Part shown: positions 16,826-23,657 of the stretch, piece by piece
Numbering within the stretch: position 1 is the first letter of the stretch
Layout: every line of letters starts with the position of its first letter
Assembly (NCBI GenBank): GCA_964616645.1
Contig: CAZTUM010000003.1
Coordinates: forward strand, 1-35,455
DNA length: 35,455 nucleotides
Reading direction: 5' to 3'
From: an uncultured Muribaculaceae bacterium
GTDB lineage: Bacteria; Bacillota_I; Bacilli_A; RF39; UBA660
Position numbers and translations under genes: made by a program
Notes under the pieces: generated by a model
Databases searched by the model: none
Told to the model about the DNA's origin: nothing
What the model saw: only the letters and a program-made list of their open reading frames with translations

Positions 16826-18058
16826 TTAAAAATTTAATGTTCCAATATAGAAATGATTATTGTTACTTTTTAATAAAATTGTTTTATTATTTAGAACATA
16901 AAAAGTTGGATATATATATTCATCTTTATATTCGCCTATTAATTGTACACTGTAAAATTTATTTTCATTGGGATTATATATGCTCCATTTTTCTAAATTA
17001 TGAAATAACATATTATCATTAAGAAATGGTGTTCTTCCGTAAAGTACATTAGAATCTGTTTCTTGTATTTTATTTGTAATAAAATTATAGTATGTTGTTT
17101 TCCCAGTTTGACTAATTTGTGTGTTGATTTTTCCAATATACAATCCTTTGTTATTTTTTTGAAAACTTGTTATAATCCAATCTTCTTTTAGGTTATTTGA
17201 AAATATAATAGATTCTTCATTATTTTTTAAATCAATTGATAGGATATCTTGTTTATTTTTATAATCTGTAGTACAAATTAACATTTCATTTTCAAAAACT
17301 TGAATTTCAAATATGCTACATAACATTGTCCCACTTTGATTTAGAACATCTCCATTATATTCTTTTAATGTAGTAATTTTTTCATCTTCTATTTGATATA
17401 TATTTAATGTTTGTTTTCTTTCTATTATTATATCATTAATAGATTTAAATTTATCATTTATAGTTACTACATACAATTTATTATTTGTATTTGAATAATG
17501 AAATATAGGAGTAGATATTGGGTCAAGTAATGTCCCTTCTTTTAAAATTTTACCATTATTTAATGTATTTTCAAATTTTATTATTGACCAATTATAACTT
17601 ATATTATCTAAAGGATTTTTAAATATTAATGATGCATATATTGTATTATCTAATATAAAATAGTTTAATATTCTATAATTTGAATCAAAATTGTAAATTT
17701 CAAATTTATCTTGTTCAAAGTCATATTTAAAAATATATTTTGTAACAAATAAATCATTATTGTTTGATGTATCAATTATATCACCGTATATATAATTTTG
17801 ATTTACTTTATTTATGGATACTTCATAAGTGTCTTTTAGGTACTTTTTAAGTTTATTATTTAAGCTGCTATCTGTTAAAGTAATGGTGTATGAAGTAGTG
17901 GAATTTTTTTCTATTTTGCTTTCTATAATATCTGTTTTAGTATTATTGGTTTCTAAATTGTTATTATAAATTTTTGTAAAAAATAATGATATAAGAACAA
18001 ATAATATCAAGAAACACATAAAAAATATGTCTCTTGAATTAAAATTTAATTTTTTCAT
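16826..18058 (-). CDS. Membrane-anchored 410-aa protein with a repetitive beta-rich ectodomain (beta-propeller-like, unassigned)
   Basis: N-terminal TM helix (FFMCFLILFVLISLFF). After it come recurring hydrophobic-strand plus Asn/Asp-turn units such as NNKLYVV, NEMLICTTDY, NKGLYIGKIN, NDNMLFHN, NNKTILLKSNNNHFYIG. The ATG lies 2 nt after the stop of the upstream gene and has no SD of its own, which suggests translational coupling. Confidence 0.7.
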   Translation of the reverse strand: MKKLNFNSRDIFFMCFLILFVLISLFFTKIYNNNLETNNTKTDIIESKIEKNSTTSYTITLTDSSLNNKLKKYLKDTYEVSINKVNQNYIYGDIIDTSNNNDLFVTKYIFKYDFEQDKFEIYNFDSNYRILNYFILDNTIYASLIFKNPLDNISYNWSIIKFENTLNNGKILKEGTLLDPISTPIFHYSNTNNKLYVVTINDKFKSINDIIIERKQTLNIYQIEDEKITTLKEYNGDVLNQSGTMLCSIFEIQVFENEMLICTTDYKNKQDILSIDLKNNEESIIFSNNLKEDWIITSFQKNNKGLYIGKINTQISQTGKTTYYNFITNKIQETDSNVLYGRTPFLNDNMLFHNLEKWSIYNPNENKFYSVQLIGEYKDEYIYPTFYVLNNKTILLKSNNNHFYIGTLNF

Positions 18059-18060
18059 AA

Positions 18061-18840
18061 TTATTGAATAATATATCTATTTGATGAACTAACTGTGTTA
18101 TATACATTAGTTGCTGTATCCATATGTTCTCCTAATACACTTCCATTACCATAACTACCATACCAAGTATCAACATAATATATATAATTAATACCTGTGC
18201 TATCTCCAAATGCTGCAGTATATGTGTATCCATTAACAGTTAAGTAGTGTCCTAACATTGTTCCATTATACATTGCTAAAGAACTTGTATTAGCATGTAA
18301 AATAATTGGTTTGTTTGAACTAATTCTATTTTTTACTAAAGTAGAAAATGTAGATGAAGTGTAATTTGAGCCTAAAACATAACTGTAGTTTTGTGATGTG
18401 TAATTATTAAGTGCATTTTTTATTGCATATACGTATGTTCCATTTGTAGAATTTGTTCCCATATAGCTAGCATATGTTGATTGACTAGATGATGTTCCAT
18501 TTAAATATTGAACTACTTGTTTAACGTTTGCGGGTCCACAATAGTAGCTATTTTCTTGTTGATAATTTGTTATAGATAGTTTTGAGACAAAATATCTTGG
18601 TTGAATTACATTTTTACTTAATGATTCCAATTCATCATCAATTTTTAATAAATATTCATTAGTAAATAATGTCCCATTTGAGCAAGTAATGTCTAAATCA
18701 TTTGGGTCTGTATTTTTTATAATGTAATCATATTCTTCATTGGTATAAATTTCACAGTTATTATTTGTATCTGCTAAAACTGATTTTGAAAATGCGAGTA
18801 CACAAATTATAGAAAATATAAGTAATTTTTTTAAATTCAT
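18061..18840 (-). CDS. Secreted papain-fold cysteine peptidase (C39-like)
   Basis: Start set at ATG 18840, behind the strong RBS AAAGGAGGA. Signal peptide MNLKKLLIFSIICVLAFSKSVLA. Q-x5-C pattern QQENSYYCGPA (oxyanion Gln plus catalytic Cys), followed by GHYLTVNGY (His) and YYVDTW (Asp), spaced as in C39-type peptidases. Confidence 0.65.
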   Translation of the reverse strand: MNLKKLLIFSIICVLAFSKSVLADTNNNCEIYTNEEYDYIIKNTDPNDLDITCSNGTLFTNEYLLKIDDELESLSKNVIQPRYFVSKLSITNYQQENSYYCGPANVKQVVQYLNGTSSSQSTYASYMGTNSTNGTYVYAIKNALNNYTSQNYSYVLGSNYTSSTFSTLVKNRISSNKPIILHANTSSLAMYNGTMLGHYLTVNGYTYTAAFGDSTGINYIYYVDTWYGSYGNGSVLGEHMDTATNVYNTVSSSNRYIIQ

Positions 18841-18950
18841 AAAATTCCTCCTTTTAAAAAGTAAGTACTTACAATTGTAATTATACATTTTATAATAAAA
18901 AAAACTACCCATTATTAGTAGAAAAAACTCTTCTTTTGGTGGAATATATT

Positions 18951-19583
18951 CTATTTGCAAGTAAATTCGTTTTTTTGTTCCATTCCAATTTTATCTGAAT
19001 GGATTATATTAATTAATTCTGAATTTTCAAAGATTATATTTGGAGTTTCTGATATATATGATTTATTTATGTTAAATGTGAATTCATAATTTTCTCCTAT
19101 TTTTAAATCTTTAGATATTGTTTTTGGTAATTTAATTGTGTAGATGCCTTCTACTTGGTATTCTTTAAATGTTACATACAAGTAATTTTCATCATTACTT
19201 GAATTTATATTACTTATATTATAAGTTTTTATTAGTATGCAATCATAGTTGTTAATATTATTATCTTTAGTTTTTTGAGTGATGGTAAAAAATATTATTA
19301 AAATTGTTAGTAAACCAATACTAATTATTATTGGTATTACAATTATTTTCTTTTTTATGTGGTAAATTTTCTTTTTATCTTTTCCATCTAATAATTCTTC
19401 TATTGAAATTTCTAATATTTCACATAATTTTTTTAAAATTGATATATCTGGGATTGAATTTCCACATTCCCATTTGGAAACAGCTTTAAAGCTAACTCCT
19501 ACAAGCTCTCCAAGTGTTTGCTGAGTTAATCCTTTTTCTTTTCTTTTTCTTTTGATATATTCTCCAATTTTTTGATTATTCAT
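18951..19583 (-). CDS. Membrane-anchored XRE-family HTH regulator with a small extracytoplasmic domain
   Basis: Start set at ATG 19583 (RBS GGAGTGA). HTH_3-type LTQQTLGELVGVSFKAVSKWECGNSIPDISILKKLCEILEISIEELL. A TM helix IIVIPIIISIGLLTILIIFF follows, then ~100 aa of beta-rich ectodomain with Cys near each end. Confidence 0.8.
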   Translation of the reverse strand: MNNQKIGEYIKRKRKEKGLTQQTLGELVGVSFKAVSKWECGNSIPDISILKKLCEILEISIEELLDGKDKKKIYHIKKKIIVIPIIISIGLLTILIIFFTITQKTKDNNINNYDCILIKTYNISNINSSNDENYLYVTFKEYQVEGIYTIKLPKTISKDLKIGENYEFTFNINKSYISETPNIIFENSELINIIHSDKIGMEQKNEFTCK

Positions 19584-19765
19584 GTATATCACTCCAATAC
19601 TACAAACTTTTGTTATATATTTATTATACATTATTTTTTTTGATAATATTAAAAAAAATTACGCATATAATATTTTACTGAAATTTGATAAGAATATTGA
19701 AGGTTTATATTTTTACTAAAAAATGGATAATGTTTTAAAAAGATAATTTCTAAGTGTTAAACTTG

Positions 19766-19799
19766 GGATATATTAAATAATATATCTTGAAAAATATAA
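19766..19799 (+). repeat. 34-bp direct repeat, right copy
   Basis: Identical to 16666-16699. The flanking bases differ on both sides (T vs G at -1, C vs T at +35). Confidence 0.97.
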
Positions 19800-19815
19800 T
19801 TATTTATTATATAAT
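19787..19815 (+). promoter_or_regulatory. plsC-operon promoter (TTGAAA-17-TATAAT) straddling the repeat boundary
   Basis: TTGAAA at 19787-19792 lies inside the repeat. TATAAT at 19810-19815 lies outside it, after a 17-nt spacer. Confidence 0.55.
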
Positions 19816-19844
19816 TATAATGTTTAAGAAGTAAGGTGATTCTA

Positions 19845-20408
19845 ATGGGAAACAAATTATATAGATTTGTAAGATTTATAGGTGTACCAATATTTAAAAT
19901 ATTATATAGACCTACTATTATAGGAAGTGATAATATTCCAAGTACTGGTAATGTTGTTTTAGCGGGTAATCATACAAATAATTTAGATTGTGCTTTATTA
20001 ATAACATCAACAAAAAGAACAATACATTTTTTAGCTAAAAATGAACTTCATAAAGGTAAACTAGGATGGTTTTTTACTTCTATGGGGACTATTCCAGTAG
20101 ATAGAAAACATAAAGATAAAATGGCTCTTATAAGTGCTATAGATACTTTAAATAATGGTAATGTAATTGGGATATTTCCAGAAGGGACAACAACTAAAGA
20201 TGGGAATATACTTCCATTTAAAGTAGGGGCGGTAGTTATGGCAAATCGTACAAATTCAAAAATAGTACCATTTAAAATAGAAGGAAAATATCGTATATTT
20301 AGAAAAAGTGTAAAAATAATTTTTGATAAACCATATTATGTAGGTGATGATATAGAAAAAGCTAATAATATTTTAAGAGATAAAATTATTAAACTAAAAG
20401 CAAAATAG
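19845..20408 (+). CDS. plsC: 1-acyl-sn-glycerol-3-phosphate acyltransferase-like (PlsC family)
   Basis: Start set at ATG 19845 (RBS AAGGTGA). HX4D motif NHTNNLD, plus FPEGTT and PFKVGAVVMA blocks. Confidence 0.8.
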   Translation: MGNKLYRFVRFIGVPIFKILYRPTIIGSDNIPSTGNVVLAGNHTNNLDCALLITSTKRTIHFLAKNELHKGKLGWFFTSMGTIPVDRKHKDKMALISAIDTLNNGNVIGIFPEGTTTKDGNILPFKVGAVVMANRTNSKIVPFKIEGKYRIFRKSVKIIFDKPYYVGDDIEKANNILRDKIIKLKAK

Positions 20409-20426
20409 TTAGAAAGAAGTTAATAT

Positions 20427-22187
20427 ATGAAAAATTATTTAAATAAATTATATAATTATATAAGAAGAAGATTTAGTAAAAGAAATTTAGATAATGATGA
20501 TTTAATAAAAGAAAATTTAGAATATCCAGATATTAGTTTGTATGAATTATTAGAACAAACTGCATCTAAGTATCCAAATAATCTTGCTTATGAATATTAT
20601 GGTCATGTTGTAACATATAAAGAATTTATAAAAAAAATTAAAACTGTTGCATCTGCGCTTAAAAAAATAGGTGTACAAAAGGGTGATAGGGTAACTATCT
20701 GTATGCCTAATACACCTAGTGCTATTATGACTTTTTATGCTACTAATATGATAGGGGCTACTGCGAATATGATACATCCATTATCATCTGAAAATGAAAT
20801 ATTATTATATTTACAAATGTCTAAGAGTAAATATTTATTAGTGATAGATGCAAATTATGGAAAAATATGCAATATCATGGATAAAGTAGAGTTAAATCGT
20901 GTTATAGTGAGTATTCCAAATGAGGAAATGACGAATACAAAGAAAGCGTTATATTGGTTTTTTAAAGGGCATAAATCTAAAATTAAACGTCATTCTAATA
21001 CAATGTTATTTAAAGAATTTTATCATTTAGGTAATCCAAATGAGGATAATCTTTTAGTTAAGCAAAAAGGGGCTGATGAAGCTGTAATACTCTATAGTGG
21101 GGGAACAACAGGAGAACCTAAAGGGATACTTTTATCTAATAGAAATTTTAATGCAGAAGCAATAGAATGTAAGGTTATGTGTAAGACTGCTAGAGAGGGG
21201 GATTCTATTTTAGCTATAATGCCAATATTTCATGCATTTGGTTTAGGAATATGTATTCATACTGCATTATATATAGGTATGAAAGTAATATTAATTCCTA
21301 GTTTTAGTGCAAAAAAATTTGGCTCTTTAATAAAAAAATTTCATCCAAATTTTATTGTAGGAGTACCAACGTTATTCGAGGCATTATTAAAAAATAATAA
21401 TCTTAAGAAGAATGATTTATCATGTGTAAGATGTGTTATTTCAGGTGGAGATAATTTATCTTTGGTACAAAAGAAAAATATTGATGAATTTTTAGAAAAG
21501 CATGGTTCAAAAGCAAAAGTAAGGGAAGGATATGGATTAACTGAATGTGTAGGAGCAAGTTGTTTAACTCCATATAATGAATATAAAGAATGTAGTATTG
21601 GGAAACCATTACCAGATATAACTTATAAAATAGTAAAACCAACTACACATGATGAGGTACCACGAGGTGTAGATGGAGAGATTTGTATAAATGGGCCAAC
21701 TGTAATGTTAGGATATTTAGATGATGTTAAAGAGACTGCGAATGTATTAAGATTACATGATGATGGTAAAATTTATTTACATACAGGAGATTTAGGGTGT
21801 ATGGATGAAGATGGATATGTATACTTTAAGCAAAGATTAAAAAGAATGATAGTTTCATCAGGATATAATATATATCCAAGTCATGTTGAAAATATTTTAA
21901 ATTCTCATTATGCAGTATTAACATCTACTGTAATAGGAATAGACCATCCATATAAAGTGCAAGTAGCAAAAGCGTTTATAGTTTTAAAAGAGGGTTATAA
22001 GCCAACATATAGTATAAAAAAGAGTATAAAAGAACACTGTAACAAAAATTTAGCAAAATATTCAATACCATATGAATATGAGTTTAGAGATGAACTGCCT
22101 AAGACTAAGGTAGGTAAAATTGCCTATAAAGAATTAGAAGAAGAACACAAAAATTTAAATGGGGTAAAAGATATAAACGAGGTGTAG
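20427..22187 (+). CDS. AMP-dependent synthetase / long-chain fatty-acid--CoA ligase
   Basis: Adenylate-forming core motifs ILYSGGTTGEPKG, GYGLTE, GDLGCMDEDGYVYFKQRLKRMI and the terminal PKTKVGKI. Confidence 0.88.
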   Translation: MKNYLNKLYNYIRRRFSKRNLDNDDLIKENLEYPDISLYELLEQTASKYPNNLAYEYYGHVVTYKEFIKKIKTVASALKKIGVQKGDRVTICMPNTPSAIMTFYATNMIGATANMIHPLSSENEILLYLQMSKSKYLLVIDANYGKICNIMDKVELNRVIVSIPNEEMTNTKKALYWFFKGHKSKIKRHSNTMLFKEFYHLGNPNEDNLLVKQKGADEAVILYSGGTTGEPKGILLSNRNFNAEAIECKVMCKTAREGDSILAIMPIFHAFGLGICIHTALYIGMKVILIPSFSAKKFGSLIKKFHPNFIVGVPTLFEALLKNNNLKKNDLSCVRCVISGGDNLSLVQKKNIDEFLEKHGSKAKVREGYGLTECVGASCLTPYNEYKECSIGKPLPDITYKIVKPTTHDEVPRGVDGEICINGPTVMLGYLDDVKETANVLRLHDDGKIYLHTGDLGCMDEDGYVYFKQRLKRMIVSSGYNIYPSHVENILNSHYAVLTSTVIGIDHPYKVQVAKAFIVLKEGYKPTYSIKKSIKEHCNKNLAKYSIPYEYEFRDELPKTKVGKIAYKELEEEHKNLNGVKDINEV

Positions 22188-22189
22188 AG

Positions 22190-23602
22190 ATGAAGATAGG
22201 GAAATATTATAAAGAAGAATTTATAAATAATTATAAATTATTTAAAGATAAGAAGACGAGAAAAAGTCAAATACCAAATATATTAACATTATCAAGATTA
22301 TTTTCTCCTGTAATAATTATTCCATTGGTATTATGTAGAGAGTATTTACTTGCTTTAATATTTGTAATAATATTTGCTTTAACAGATCTTTTGGATGGAT
22401 ATATAGCTAGAAAATTTAATTATGTTAGTAAATTGGGAAAAGAAATTGACCCTATATGTGATAAAATATTTCTAGGTAGTTTACTTATTCCACTTATTAT
22501 GAAGTGTCATTTCTTGTTATTAAGTATATTTTTAGAATTAATAATAAGTATTATCTCTATTATAAATAAGATTAAAGGGTATAATACTAAAGTTAATGGG
22601 TTTGGTAAAGTTAAAACAGCATTTATTTATACTTTGATTAGTTATACATATTTATCTTTATTTATAAGTATTAATGATATATTATTTATAATTATATATA
22701 TTATTACTACAATATTACAAATATGTACTATTATTACTTATTTAAAGAGAACTATAATTAAAGAAAAAGAAGATAATATTGTTATAAGTAGTTTTGGTTA
22801 TAAATTAATAAAACCAATATTTAAAATATTATTTAATTCTTATTTTAGACCAAAAGTAATTGGGAAAGAAAATATTCCTGCTGAAGGGGCGTTTATATTA
22901 TGTGGGAATCATACTAATGTTCATGACCAATTTCCTATTATGATGAATACGAAAAGGGTTATTCATTATATTGCTAAAAAAGAGTATTTTGATTCAAAGA
23001 TGGGATTTTTCTTTCGTTTTGTAGGGCAAATACCTGTAGATAGAGAGATAAAGGATGCTAATGCTAAAAATGAAGCGTTGGAGGTATTAAAAAATAATCA
23101 TGCTTTAGGTATATTTCCAGAAGGTACAAGGAATGTTTTAGTATATAAACAAGATGAGGTTAACAAATTATATGAATATGTAAAAGATAAGATTTCTAAA
23201 AACCAATTTATTGATATACTTAAAAATAATCAGACTAAATTATCTCAAATACATCTTTTAGATAAATTAAAAAGTGAAAAAAGAATAACTAATATGGATT
23301 ATTCAGAATATTTACTTGATTTACCAAATAAGTTAAAAACTCTTTTTGAAGAGAATAAAATAACAGAAGAAGAGTATAGAGATTCATATTTATTAGAGTT
23401 TAAATATGGTGCAGTGTCATTAGCAAGTAAAACAAATACTAAAATATTACCATATGCCACATGTGGCACATATGCTCATCATAGTAAAAACTTGCAAGTA
23501 GTAATTGGTACTCCTTTTAAAATAGATGGTTTATCACTTGATTGTGCAAATAAAATGTTAAGAGATAAAATTATAGATATTATTATAGAAAATAGCAAAT
23601 AA
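22190..23602 (+). CDS. Fusion protein: CDP-alcohol phosphatidyltransferase domain plus PlsC-type acyltransferase domain
   Basis: The N-terminal membrane domain carries a perfect D-x2-DG-x2-AR-x8-G-x3-D-x3-D motif (DLLDGYIARKFNYVSKLGKEIDPICD, 22385-22462). The C-terminal domain has HX4D HTNVHD (22910-22927) and FPEGTRN. About 88 aa are inserted before FKYGAVSLA, compared with the upstream stand-alone PlsC. Confidence 0.75.
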   Translation: MKIGKYYKEEFINNYKLFKDKKTRKSQIPNILTLSRLFSPVIIIPLVLCREYLLALIFVIIFALTDLLDGYIARKFNYVSKLGKEIDPICDKIFLGSLLIPLIMKCHFLLLSIFLELIISIISIINKIKGYNTKVNGFGKVKTAFIYTLISYTYLSLFISINDILFIIIYIITTILQICTIITYLKRTIIKEKEDNIVISSFGYKLIKPIFKILFNSYFRPKVIGKENIPAEGAFILCGNHTNVHDQFPIMMNTKRVIHYIAKKEYFDSKMGFFFRFVGQIPVDREIKDANAKNEALEVLKNNHALGIFPEGTRNVLVYKQDEVNKLYEYVKDKISKNQFIDILKNNQTKLSQIHLLDKLKSEKRITNMDYSEYLLDLPNKLKTLFEENKITEEEYRDSYLLEFKYGAVSLASKTNTKILPYATCGTYAHHSKNLQVVIGTPFKIDGLSLDCANKMLRDKIIDIIIENSK

Positions 23603-23617
23603 CTCTTTGCTTTTTTT
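23594..23617 (+). terminator. Rho-independent terminator of the lipid operon
   Basis: AGCAAA (23594-23599) pairs with TTTGCT (23606-23611) around a 6-nt loop, followed by a T-run of seven. The stem spans the stop codon. Confidence 0.6.
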
Positions 23618-23657
23618 ATATATGTATGGTAGAATATAGACTATAGGAGAGTGTAAG

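Larger units (their letters stand above)
16666..19799. mobile_element. 3.1-kb inserted cassette bracketed by 34-bp direct repeats (no recombinase on board)
   Basis: The perfect repeats are exactly 3100 bp apart. The three enclosed genes are all on the minus strand, inside a block that is otherwise on the plus strand from 11.8 to 35.4 kb. Removing the insert rejoins the deacetylase stop to the plsC promoter. Confidence 0.5.

Noticed and set aside
18951-19583. Membrane-anchored XRE protein interpreted as the cytoskeletal protein RodZ (same HTH-TM-ectodomain layout).
   Set aside because: It lies inside the repeat-flanked insert with a secreted peptidase, not near cell-shape genes, and it is shorter than typical RodZ. 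This cannot be excluded without a genome-wide search, so it is listed as the refutation test for the island finding.
19634-19658. 25-bp near-palindrome TTTTTTTTGATAATATTAAAAAAAA upstream of the XRE gene, considered as its operator.
   Set aside because: It is mostly homopolymer T8/A8 arms, so low-complexity AT sequence may be the whole explanation. It is worth testing only in the context of the island regulator.
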